A stretch of 64,000 nucleotides of DNA, taken from NCBI GenBank assembly GCA_030141605.1, contig JAQGDQ010000269.1, forward strand, positions 186,001 through 250,000, in the 5' to 3' direction. The notes beneath the pieces are model-generated. The model was given only the letters and a program-made list of their open reading frames with translations. It had not been told where the DNA came from and made no database searches. This document shows positions 1 through 13,500 of this stretch, one piece after another (the first letter of the stretch is position 1; each line of letters begins with the position of its first letter). The DNA comes from Tubiluchus corallicola. Its lineage: Eukaryota > Animalia > Priapulida. Made by a program: the position numbers and the translations under genes.

Positions 1-1501
1 AGCAGCTGATTCTTCTAGCAAACTATGGAAACTGATATTAACATTAAAAACTGCGCGTACAGATCACAGTTAGCTTACAAACGAAAGATCGGGATTCGAG
101 AAGCATCGAGAGCCTTGAACACGGTACATTAATTGAGGTGATTTTGCGTGTTTACCGTTGCTGGGGAACTTTTTTACTTGCCTGTCGCATTGTCAAGGAC
201 CTGTCTCGATCATGCTCAGACTGAGCACATTGTTGAGTCGTAAAGACATGGCTAGAGGCAATAATCGCCACACAATTTCTTTATATTGACGTCTGCCCCT
301 GAATCTCATTAGAGATTCCGCTGACTGAAATTCGCTATATCTACTTGACTCAAGGCTGTTTGGAATGCCTCGAAGCTGATTCGTATTTGTCTGTTTCGTC
401 TAGATGGAATGCAGTAGAAATCGATGTACAACGCTGACTTTTAATGCACACTTAAAAGCGCTTTATTCGTGCCTTATTTTAATTCAGTGACTTTGTGACA
501 GTGTGAATGATGGAACGTATAATAAATACTCTACATCTATATTACATGAATGAGGGCTAGCGTCTAGCTTGTTTACGTCCTTGTTTATAGTTCAGGGACC
601 TTCCAGCGGCTGGCTGGTGCTAAAAATAGCAAGTTTTGGAGTAAGCAATATAGCCGCTTTGGCAGGTTGTTGAAGCTGAACGTTGTTGTTGTTGTTGTTG
701 TTTATGTTTATGTCATGGCGTAATTGACGTTAATTACCGAAAATACACTCGTCATCTTAATCAGAATACCTGATTCATCGTATTCTTTTTTCTTGTATGT
801 CAATGTCATTTTGCCGCAGAAAGTAGTCATGAAGTCGGTTTGGTGCACATCTGGTAAAGATACTGTTTTACCATTCATATCAACAACTGTCCTCAAGACA
901 TTCTTGTATTCTGTGAAAAATGGAAAAATTTGCACGTGATTTAATGGCAACTTTTCAGTTCAAAATCATTAGTTCATAAATTTTTCCCTGATTTATTGCT
1001 TGTCTTCACTCTGCCTTTTTCAGTAAACAATACCTAACATCCTGACTATATCAGTACCTTTTGTGGTTGTTGTAATACTTTTGTTTTTCATACATCATTT
1101 TCTTGTTTCTTTTTTTTCATGCAACACCAGTACAAAAAATTTTACTGGTTGAGTTGGTCTTATTTTGACAAATGCATGATGAGACAGTTGTTAGTTGTAG
1201 CCTTGCACTTTTTTCCTTCAAAAAAAATTGTAGGCAGTTCTAAGAAAATCCAGCTGTATGCGCTTTTTGCAGAAAAAGTTTGTAATTTCTTGACAAGATA
1301 AACCCACACTTATGGAACTTGAAAGTTCATCACGAGACACAAAAAGTAGTCCTGCCTTTGAGTGTCAGGTGAGCTATGAGGCGAGTTCTAGTAAAAAATA
1401 AGATTCTTGCTCAATAATTTCAAGAGTGGTTTAGGCCTAACTCACCTATTTTTTCTCTCCGATCATTACTTTCACGCACTAATTTCTTAACTCTGTTCTA
1501 G

Positions 1502-4500
1502 GCGGATAAACCAAAGTGCGGAGTATTCTGTTTTCTTATCATTGAAGCGCGGGAAACGACGGCCCTGGAAATGCCCGATCATGAGAACACATTTGTCATA
1601 AAGGTGAGTGACGCAGCAACGTGAACCGTGCTTTAGAAAAAGCAGATGCCTGAAAAATGAGAAGTTATCAATAAAAAATGTTGTCTTTGATTTCAGCGAG
1701 AAAATTCAACGTGGTACAGACGTAATTACGTATGTGCTTTGAGTGAATACGTTATATTCATTCTGTTCTATTCATTTAAAAGATGAATTATTGATAGTCT
1801 TAACTATAATTTCGTTGATTCGGTTCTTTAATTTTACTTTTAGCCTCTCAATTTTACAGTCACAATGCAACACGGTGATAATTACAGTACTCTGAACATT
1901 CGACCCCGGGGGAAGGACCCTGTGGTCAGTGGTCATCAAGCAGCTACCTCTATCAAATGAATTTTCAAAAAAGTCATTAGTAGAATAGTATTACACGAAG
2001 CGAGGATTGTTTACCCACAACTTGTATGACACGCATGACGCATGTTACTTTTTTCGTGTATGCGCTCGATAATCGCTATTTTAACATCTTTTTGTACACA
2101 GATTTTGTGTTTAAAGGAACTGCCAAGTCTCGGGAAATTGAGCTTATTTTAGTCTTTGAGAAAAATGTTAGAAAGCTTTGAGAATAAAATTGCGATAAGC
2201 GCGTAGTGTAATTAGCAAAATCAACCCAAAATCGCATTCACTTCAAGCTTGGACACGCTCATTTGAAAAAACTAGCGTCATCTAGTTACCGTCAGTATAA
2301 ACACTTATCTCGCCAAGTACTTGAGCAACTTTTTTGCAACTATTATGAACTATAGACAATTCAAAACGTTAAACAGGAGGTCATTAATACTACTTCTGTT
2401 TTTTGATGAATCCCATCGCCCACTGTTTAATGAACACCAGCTACTGACGATAATAATAACCTCCATCTCGGCTAGTAGCTCCGACAAAGCAAGAGAACAA
2501 TTATTTTAACAATCTAAAACTGAAGTCCATAAACTAAGTAACCCGCCCGGTGCTCGCAGCCTTGCAGAATTCCATGCTTATCTGTTACTATATCATGTTT
2601 AGGACTTACATATTTTAAGGTATTATCCGGTGACTGATTTTTACAAAACACAAAGTTTTAATCAGCTAGAATAGCAAAAGTTCTGAAGGAACTGCAGGGA
2701 TATGTTTGCCTTCGTGCTCTTCATCTCTGCTACGTCTGCAGCGAAGTTCGTTTGGCGAAAGGAGGGGAATGATTCAAATTTCTGTTGCATTTTTAAGCGA
2801 GACATGTTATGTGCGTGCATTATGCGATAATTTCAGTAGTTCTAAGTGTATATTAAAACACAATGAATGTTGTTCAAGGGTTGGTTTTTCATGTAATAGT
2901 CCGTCTCACACAAACTCATCCGCTCTCGTGTGTGAGCTCAATACAGACAAACTGATCAAACCAATAAAAGACAATCATTTTGTCTACGGTCGTTACCCAT
3001 GCAAAAAACTGCCTCAATATAATCACGGAAATTAGGGGGCCATGTTCGGAATTTTTCTCGGAAAAATTGCCGTAAGGGCGGAAACAACATTTGTGCGAGA
3101 GTCGAGACGGCTAGCGTCACGTGGTTTACTGCATACAGTTTTTACCGTATGAGAGACTAGTATGATATTCAAATTTGACGTGATATATTTCCATGATACG
3201 ATTTATGTTACTAATGTTTCAAGCGCAACAGACTAAAATTTGTCTTCAGTTGAAAGAAAAAAATTGAAATATGAAGAACAGAAACCGATCAATACTAGTT
3301 CCCAGCAGATTGAGAAAATGTAGTATTCATGCCATGCAAAGGAAAACCGCTCACCGACTCACGTGCAAACAAATAAAGTAAGAAAAACAACATGGTGTCA
3401 ACTGTCAATAGTGGCATTGACAACAACATTAACTTGCGTTATTTGTAACAAGAGAACTGTTACAAATTGGTTGTTAAAGGGAAGGTCAAGCCTTCTGGGA
3501 AAATAGACTTATGTTCGCGAAAAATGATAGAAAGATTTAGTAATAAAAGTGTGATAAGCGCCTCGTGTAATTAGTAGAATCACTTCAAAGTCGCGATCAT
3601 TTCACACTTAGTCGCCTACATATTTAACGTCTATTGTTCCACCGATGACGTCGTTCACTGGCTGAAGAAAAGCAGCGCATTGTCAATTTCCGCCAAAGGT
3701 ATAATAAGTTTTTACAAAAAAATTAGTTAGCTGGTTTTGTGACATTTTTGCATGAACATTAGGTAAGCTGCAGAAGTTTGAATTAGTTTAAGCTAGGCGC
3801 GCTTACGAAAAGTCACGAAGACCGCCAGTTACGTCATAATTTTCAAATGAATGGCGGCTACCAACGCGCCTGAATATTTCTATACAGTGGTAGGATAAAT
3901 TAACTTTATGCTTTATAGACAGTTTTTTTTGCAAATTTCTTTGGTATATTATACTAAGTTTAAGTGATAACAGTAAAATAAACCTAACGCTAAGTGAATT
4001 TGCACATGGTCAATGTCCCTTCCGTTTGATGCATATTGCTAACTATGCTGAAGTCTTTCCACAAATCTTTACAATTTCAAAAGTTTACCTGCTGACGCAG
4101 TAAAAAAGATTATTCATTCAAAGGTATTGCAACGTACAAATGCCTTGATGTAATCACGAAAGATACGGGACACGTCAGAATTTTTCTCTAGCGTGAAACA
4201 AGTTAAAAGAGTCAGATATACGAAGTAACAGTCTTCAAATGTCAGATGCAGTTTTTCTGGTATCTTACTCCGTTATTGAAGGTGCGTTGGTCGAGTTGCT
4301 ACAGATTTTTGCTCCGATCCATGGGTTCTGGGTTCGAATCCAACTACTATAAGTTTTTTGAGCCTTTTAACATTTGAACAGGCACCTTTTTAAGCTTCCG
4401 GAGCCTTAACTGAATACCTGGCTGCCTTTTAACATTTGAACAGGCACCTTTCTAAGCTTCCGGAGCCTTAACTGATTACCTGGCTATGTAATCAGTGAAA

Positions 4501-7500
4501 AATAAAAAAGCGACAGAGAATTGGAACTAGCCACCTGTCCTTTTATCCTTTTAGCGTGCCGAGACTTCGTAAATAGGTGCCCTTCGAAGACTTGCTGTTC
4601 CTAACTGTTCCTACACCCTGTTATGGACATGGAGCCACTCTTCTGCTGTTTCTGTTATTTCCTTGCTATTATTACATCATTTACTTTATTTCAAAATTAT
4701 TTCAATATTTATATCAAAATCGTAATTCCATATTGTTTTCCTTATGTTTCCTTGCTATTATTACATCATTTACTTTATTACATCAATTTCATTGAGTCAT
4801 CTACAAAAGCACGCATAACTTTAATAATTTTTTCATTTTTATTTAAGTAAGGTGAGTGTGTTAATGACCGTATGGTCGTACACTCACCTCACACTACTCA
4901 AATCATTTTATTTATTGTTTATTTATGTGTACAATATTGTATTTTGATGTGTGAAATAAAATTCATAGTTCATAGTTTCTGTTTCAATGGCTTGCGCCAT
5001 CATTTCTGTTACGGCAAATATGCGTCACACGTAATTGCTTCTTTTTCAGTTTTTCTTGTTTCACATAACGACGTCTTTAATTTATCATCTTTTCCATTTC
5101 GCATGACGTTACATAGCAGTGACGGCAATTTGTTTGATTTGCCACTTAATTACAGCATGAATTACGGCTCGTAATTATCAAACTCCCGCATTTTCACGCT
5201 ATAATTAAAATTTTATGGTAAAACGTGTTGAGATTGGATAAATTATTTGCTATTTATAGTTTTTTCTATTTTGATTATTACTGTTTTATTTAATTAGACG
5301 AGCGCTTACGACAACAAAGTGTTTGCTGAGTGCTGATTGATAAGTACTAGGGCCTAATATTTACAAAGTTTTTTTTTGTTTTTGTAAAGTTTGGCATTGC
5401 AACTTACCTATTACTAAAATTAGTTATGAAATTTTGTTAACCTCATAGAATTATCAATAAAACAAAATAAAATGCATAATCAAATATATACATACACTCA
5501 AAACCATAGAATACGTACATACACAAGTTATGAAACAAAGACTACAGCAGACAAATTACAAATATACAAATAACACTTAATCACTACCGCGCTAGATATG
5601 AGACAATTACAAAAGTTTCAAAGAAACAACGGATGGCCTGAGAGTATTGATAATTAAAATGAAAGTGACTTCAGAATATTCCAATACTAAATAAACTGGG
5701 CTGATAGAATATAACGAAAAAAAATTAAAGCGGTTAAGACAGTTAAAAATATAAGAGCAGACAAGAGATAAATCACACTTGATTAGTGATCACCTAAAGT
5801 TCGGCTAACTACACTATAGGTTAAGAGGGAACGCATAAATAATTAGTAACATATAGGGTGTTTGTTTGGTTAATTTATGCGTTTATTTCAGCTTAAAGCC
5901 TTATATAAATTTATACATTCATACATACATACATTAAAAATCTACTATAGCATACAATGTATATATAATCGAAATCGCATTAAATTAGAAAAAAATGGAT
6001 ATTGCGGTAAAAAATTATCATAAGCCTATACAAGCAAAAGTTATCGTATTCGTAGAAGCCATGTTGTTGTACAAGTGAAAGTTATAGTATTCGTAGAAGC
6101 CATGTTGTTGTAAGCCTATACAAGTATTGTAAGCCTATACAAGTAAAAGTTATCGTATTCGTAGAACCCATGTTGTTGTAAGCCTATACAAGTAAAAGAT
6201 ATCGTATTCGTAGAACCCATGTTGTTGTAAGCCTATACAAGTAAAAGTTATAGTATTCGTAGAAGCCATATTGTTGTAAGCCTATACAAGTAAAAGTTAT
6301 AGTATTCGTAGAAGCCATGTTGTTGTAAGCCTATACAAGTAAAAGTTATCGTATTCGTAGAAGCCATATTGTTGTAAGCTTATACAAGTAAAAGTTATCG
6401 TATTCGTAGAAGCCATGTTGTTGTACCTGGCAAAAGTGCAAAGCAGTTTGATTTATATCGTACGTCTGACACATTCAGAAAACCACTATAATGAGGCGAT
6501 TATCATTTTTCTCGTTAATTCTAGACCAGTACTGTTCGCAGCTTTTCTTCCGATAACAGTGGCATGTGCTGTACGGTTCATCGCACGCATATACGATGGG
6601 CTAATAGCGTAATCGCATTTAAAAAATCTGACATTGCTATTTAATTATACGCAGATCTGCATTTAGAGATATTGTACAGATTAAATTTCACCTGTAAACT
6701 AGAACAGTAAAACTGGGTACAGTATGATCGGCATAATATATGTTTGATATGTGTATTTGAATTTGAATGTGTGCAGAACAGTAACGAAATCTTCTAAGAA
6801 TAAAAATACAATTGGCTTTTACGTAAATAATCTTAGCTAGTTCAAGATATCGGCATCATTATTTACGTTATCACATAAATAATGGCCAATGTATTTCCAT
6901 TATGGCTCACTCCAACTTTTCTGTTCCAAAAAGAAAACTACCAGAGACAGTGTGACGGAGACTGGTTCGTATAAAGTAGATGCATTTCGTCTTTTTTTCA
7001 GTCTGCATATGACTTGATATTGTACTCGGGATGGGACTGAGGACGCTAACAAAAGCTGAGGGCAGTAGTGTGTTCACAGTCTTCAACACTAGTTACCGGG
7101 TCACTTTGCCTAGGAGTTCTGACAAGTAAAACGAATTGAGACATGTTGCTAAAAATACATTTTCTTGCTCCAGGCAAAACCAGCTTTATACTAAGCTGAA
7201 GAAAGGCTAATTTTTCGCTTGAAAGAAACGAGATAATTAATATCAAATGTCTCATCAGAACCCCAGATATAATTGTAGGTTTATATTTTTTATTCAATCA
7301 ATGTCACCTTATATACGGGTACACAGTAAGCACTTAATTGTGGTTAATATAAACGTGATGTATCTACACGCAATTGGAATCTAATCATGTACATGCACAA
7401 AAGAAATACTAAATCATTAGAAAGCCCTGAAAAATTTTGCACTTCCACTGAAACTTAAACCCATGACCTCCTGCTTTCCAAGTAGCATTGTTAACCATTG

Positions 7501-10500
7501 CACAACAGAGGCACCTGACTTCAGACTCTGAAATTTACACTATAAGCATTATTTCAGAACGGAAGTCTAAAATCTCGGGTGGCAGGACTCCTTTGCTTGT
7601 ATGACTAGTGATGACTCTTTCGTTTGATGGAAACTATTTATCTGGGTTTGGTTAGCATTATTGTTGATTGTACATCTTCAGTCCACATCATAGTGACATT
7701 CTTTAAACCATTTTCACAAATTATTATTGAAAAATAGAATTACGGTATCCATATTTGGCAAATAAATGCAACTTCATCAAAATGGAATTTATTGCCGACA
7801 GGTTTCAACATACGTAGTCTGTAAGGTAAGTTGTTAAATTATCTATATAATATTATGCCATGTATCTTTTGGCTATTAACTACTGAATTGTATTTGGATG
7901 TTGTTTCTAAATTCTGGTAAATTTTTTTGTTTTAGATGCCTTGATAATGAACAGTTTTGTTCGACCCGGTTGGCAATGAAATCCATTTTGATGAAATTAT
8001 TGAGAAATTAGCATAAATATTTATCATTTATTACAACAGTTAACGAGTTATTGAAAAAAACAGAAATATCGGTCGGAGGAGAACGAGACGGAAAAGAACA
8101 AGAAATTTAGTGCTCATGAAATTTACTCAAGTAACAATTGTCGAAAATAAACTGTCACTTGCCTCTAAATTGGACAAGCCATCAAATAGTCGTGTGTCAC
8201 ATGATATGTGGATATCATACAATTATCTAGATTTTGTCAGGATGTTTTTGAATGAAATGTTACTAATGAGATTTTCTTCAGTTCAGAAAGCTCATTTAAA
8301 GAAAAATGTCATTCATTACTTACGGTCGATACGGTTGAATTTACACACAAGTGTAGTATATGAGCGGAACTAAAAATAAGTTCAAATGCAACTATTGAAA
8401 ATAATTTTTCCAAATGAAAACTATGTAAATGGTCTAAATTTGGCTAATCTTTTACCTCTATTTAACCGTTGCGAAAACTCTTGCAAAAAGTTGTTCCTGT
8501 CAATTCAAAATCCTCATACTATACTCCACACTCTATTGCCAGATGTCCTCACTCATAGATATACTGCTTGTCACCACTTGAAACACCCAAGATCAGAGAG
8601 GTACAAGAGCTGTATTATCTCATAGGATTTATTTAATTTCCAAACATAACTTTAAACTCATTATAAATTATTTCGTTCATGTATCTTGGAACAGTGTAAT
8701 AGTGCTTGTCACTGTATGTTTTACCTTGCTTATTCTTTTAAAAATTTTATATTTTGTAATTTTATGCTGTTCTGTAATTCAGCTTTTTGGTTGTAATGAT
8801 AAATTAACTTATATAAAAACCTATATAAGTTTTGTACATCTAGTCTTAATGAAATGAATATATATGGTACAGTTTTCAAATGGCATTGTTTTGCAGTCTT
8901 ACTTAATACAAATCAGATTTTATTCCTTCAACATAGATTAAAGTGCCTCCAGCACACAGTGCCATCTTTAGGGATCTATAGAAGCAATACAAAAATATAT
9001 TCTTTAGCTTACTTCAGGCATTGCTATATAGTGCAAAGTCCAAAAACAAAGTAATCAAATTTAAGAAAGCCAACGAAGTTTGTAGTAGTAATTACCTAAT
9101 GCAGTAATCAAGAGTGTATAAGTATAGGTGTATGAGTACTTTTCAAATTGGTCACAAAATGTGACTGTAAAAGTCAAAAATGCACTTCAGTTCCATGAGC
9201 CTATCCCATAAGCCAATTTTCTGCAACCCTATTTCAGACTATTTTATAGATGTATACAGAGGACAGGTTAAGAAATTCAACCAAATTTCTTTGCTTTATG
9301 GCAGTTTTGTTCCACTTTCTTGAATTATATACCTGTCTTTATTTTTCTTAAAAGGGTTTTTTCTTGAAATATCTTATATCCCACAAACTTCCCGTACAAA
9401 GTTCTATTATTTAGCATTATACTTATCTGTTTGAAAGACTTAAGTAATTGGAAAAGAAAATTCTTAATAATTTTAAATCTTTGCGCGACCTGGTAAAACG
9501 TCGCTGTATCAATACCTTTTTGTGCACTGCTGGCTCACCAAAAACACATTATTTATCTTATTTGCAATATAAAGTAACCTATACTTTTGCTTAATTAGTG
9601 AAGAGTGTGCTGCAAATGTTCTGATGATTTTTTCAAACTGCAGTCAGTGTTACCAAAACTTGTTTCAAGTGACTTACTGTTAAAATGATTGCGCTTAAGT
9701 GTCATAGCGGGAGTTTAAATTTGCAGTTTTTACAGCATTACTACTAACACAAGCTTTGCATGCAATAAGACAGCATGTAAGTGATACAAAATCTCAAGAC
9801 GAATGTTTAAGGTTTATTTATTAAGAGTGTTTTCTTGTCCTTTAATGCAGTTGTTAACAACTACATTTGGTTCATATATGGTTGTAAGAAAGGTCTTAGC
9901 CTGGTTGCTTTTTGAACAAGGTTGCTAGGGTAGCACTTGTGCAGGGGTTACAGATAATATCTAGTAATAGTAATATCTTTGACTCTGATAAATCTATATT
10001 TTTCCCCTCTGGACATTTATTTGAGATTTTTATGTTTATTGATATGCTGTTTGCTATAATCTTTGATATTACTGCATTTGTTTCTATCTTTAATTTATGT
10101 ATAACAGTATAATTATGATTATTATTATTGCCCAATTGGTAACTTCTGTATTTCAGTTCTTCATTGTGATTGCTGTCTATAATTTTACTTTTCTATAATT
10201 TAAAATTTTGGTTAAACTAAGCGTTTACAAAACTGTTTTTGTTACTAAGTATACATTAACATTACCAAATTTATTTTAATATTGTAGTAATGTTTTTCGT
10301 ACAATGACTAATTGTGTCTTTTCTGCACCTGTAAGTAAACTTTTACTTTTAATAAGGAGCAGCTGATTAAGTGACCAACAGGTCTTTCGCTGCTCCTCAG
10401 TTACTTTGAAATTGTCAAATAACTATTTTATTAATTATAATGTCAGGTGGCGCTGTTGGATTGTGAGCTACTAGGAAGAAATCTTAGACCTACTCTGTCA

Positions 10501-13500
10501 TGCTGGGCTGGTAGCTCAGTCTAGCATGGGAGTACTAATCCTAGGTCTCGGGTTCAAATCCCGACTAGTCCACAATTTTTCAATATCTCCTTTTCTCCAT
10601 GTCATTCCGATTTGGAACGAATTTACAATTCCCCACACAATTTAAATAGCCTAACCCTAACTGTGGATTCGACTCTATATCCCTTCTATACATTACCACT
10701 GGAAATGAATCACCACACGCCTGTACACTCTATTGTCTATAGACCTGTCGTTCTCATATTCGTTTATAGAATATATACTTCAATATGTTTGAAGTAGTTT
10801 ACATTTTAAATCAGAACATATAAATGAAAAGTTAGCACATATGCTATTGGTATGGTAAATGAAATCACTCCGTTTATTAAGAACTTCGGCATCATCCCTT
10901 AAATCGTATGTAATTGCATGACCTAAGTAAGTACTTCATCTGCCCAGGTTAAAGACATGTTGTCCAGCAGTATGCAGTTGGTTAGGTTTAATGAATTCCC
11001 TTAGTTTGGAGATCTATTGCATTGCTTTTCATTTTGGTACCCTGGACATTAACCAAATCAAATTGTTTGGCATATTCCATGAAATTAATGATATCGTTGG
11101 TTGCCATCTAATTTGGGAAAGTATTGATACCATAGCTATATTATTTTTAACTGTCATTAATAAAATAAAGTTGAACTGAAATTGAAGTCGGCGGAATGTC
11201 GAAACAGCTAAAGCAATTCGGGGAAATTCGGATCGCCTGCACCTATAATAAGAACACTAAGGTAAATTACACGCACATGGACAAACGCGTGCAGTATAAA
11301 CAATACTATCGTGTAGTTATATTGCAATAACACGTACATTTCTGCTTTCTATGGCTATGTCAAATTTATTTAGTCCATTTCCGTGTACACTCTGATAGGG
11401 GCAACAGTAAACGTGTTCACGTCTACCTACGTGCGTGCTTGGCTGAAAATGAAACATGCGTGTACATTAGAATACATTCACACAAAGGCACGTTTAGTAC
11501 ACCTATCCTACATAACGTAATGTGAACACACCTTATTTATATAGTGTGATGTGTGCAAGATGTTGTTTCATTTAGTAATTGTCACTTATTAATCAAAATT
11601 TTCAGGTGTGACACGAAAAATAAGTTATATTTCTATACGCCTGTAAATACCCTGCTATTGATTCTAACCTGCCTGTGTAGTATTGCCCTCATTCTAGTCA
11701 TTTCGGTTTAATTGCTATACTTTGCAGGAAACGTACTGCACGAATAATTTTATTAGCTTGTAATTTCTTCGACGGGGTTTCCTATAATAATCAGATTACA
11801 ACATCTATGGAATGAACAAACAAACGTTGTATCAGTTTTCAGAATGGAAGTCGCAGAAAATGATGTACTATTTTAGACGTGGAGGAAGCTTTGCTAAAAG
11901 TAAAAATTGTAAACTCCAAAATAAGAATCTATGTATTCGTATAGAAGCTAGATTGTTGGAAGACTACCACTTGGATTTCTTCATAGTAGAATAAGTAAAA
12001 TCTGAATTTCGAGTATGTTTAACTTGATTTACTGCACCAACTGATTTGTTTGCAATGTCTCTTTATAAAAGAAACAATGATAGACGAAAAGAACATTCAA
12101 AAAAGTTAAGAAAATGTTGTTTATAGTTGTGAAAAAAGAGAAAGACAAACTGACAACATTCATTGAAAATATCAATACTAATGGCTATTAGGCAACTTAA
12201 CAACAAAACTGGTAAAGTAACATGCGCGTTTGTAGTCGCTGGTCTCGAACTCGACTGGTTTGACCACTAAACGTTTCTGCAAATTGCAGTCCAAACCACC
12301 CAGCCACCAACCTAGGACTGAGTTTCTAAACAACTTCTTTTCGTGATAATAACTGTATTAACTCTGTGCAGCTACCAACTTACAATACAAAATCTTCTCA
12401 CCAACAAATCGTGTCAGCCATTTCATCTCATTACACTACTACCGCCTGGTTTTCTTTTTCTATTTAGAACAGTTTTTATGACGTCACTCGTCCGCAGACG
12501 CTCAATAGAACTCATTTTATTTCTCGGTGATCATGACTTCCTAGAATCAACAAACAAAAACAGCTACAGTAAACAGTCTGAGTCCCTGTAGGTTTGCCAG
12601 TGTGCAGTGCTTATTAATCCTTTGAAAGTTTTTGCGCATTCAGTCCCCCGGGTTTCCTACAAACACCAGTGCTAATGGCTTCAAGCCAATCAACGTACCA
12701 CTGCAACCCAATGAGCCTCACAGAATATTTAGTATAGCAGCGGCTTTGACAACGTTGCTTTTACGTGTGACAAACTGACGGTGTACTTGTAGCTTTGTGT
12801 CAGTACAACTAATCTATTGTCTTCGTAATTTCCTTTGAAATAAATAGACCCGTCAGCAAAGATCTTTTTATCAATATTGTGTCGTAATAAATGTGTATAA
12901 GCGGGCAGATATAGGGTGCCATGTCCTCTTTTATAACCAAACAGAGCGGAAGTATTGTCGACCACATTTAAGTCTCTGTTTAGGATAAATGCCTCCAGAA
13001 TTTTTGTTACAACACTGACAGTACCTATAGGCCTATGTAGTTGCAGAAGCTTTTCTAAAATATATTTTTGCGACTAGTTACCAGTGCATTTTGAGTTCTG
13101 CATTAAGAGAATAATGTTTAAGAATTGTAATTAAACATTGTAATTGTAATTGAAAGCCTCTCTCTGAACTGAATCCTGTGGTGACACAGTTGAGTTAGCT
13201 TGTATATGTGCGCCCCCCTAGTGCTCACTGATCTCCATTTAATTGAATTACATTGAAAAAATTGCGTGGTATGGACTTTAAGAACTAACTTGTGCTGCTT
13301 TAAGTGCAGATATTATCTTATACTCTGCGCACCTAATGGATATCTGGGGCACGCATTAGTGAGGCTTTATTTTTGCATTCGGATTTTTTGTACGTACCAC
13401 CTTTTTATCTAAGAATCATTCGCAAGTATTATCTTCCTACCTGGCGGTGATTTTAGCTAGGGCTGCTATTGAGAAGGCGTAGTGTTACAAGATTAGGCCC

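Noticed and set aside
708-1301. Short ORFs here and most other 60-110 aa ORFs in the track
   Set aside because: No recognisable domains, AT-rich intronic composition, and many start at TTG/GTG, which is not meaningful for a eukaryote.
7002-7100. Exon-like stretch after TTTTTTCAG in the large SH2B intron
   Set aside because: There are stops in all three frames.
10505-10572. Functional tRNA genes (also 7435-7512 minus, 12230-12312 minus, 39341-39420)
   Set aside because: The D or anticodon arms do not fold canonically, so they are treated as SINE heads or pseudogenes.
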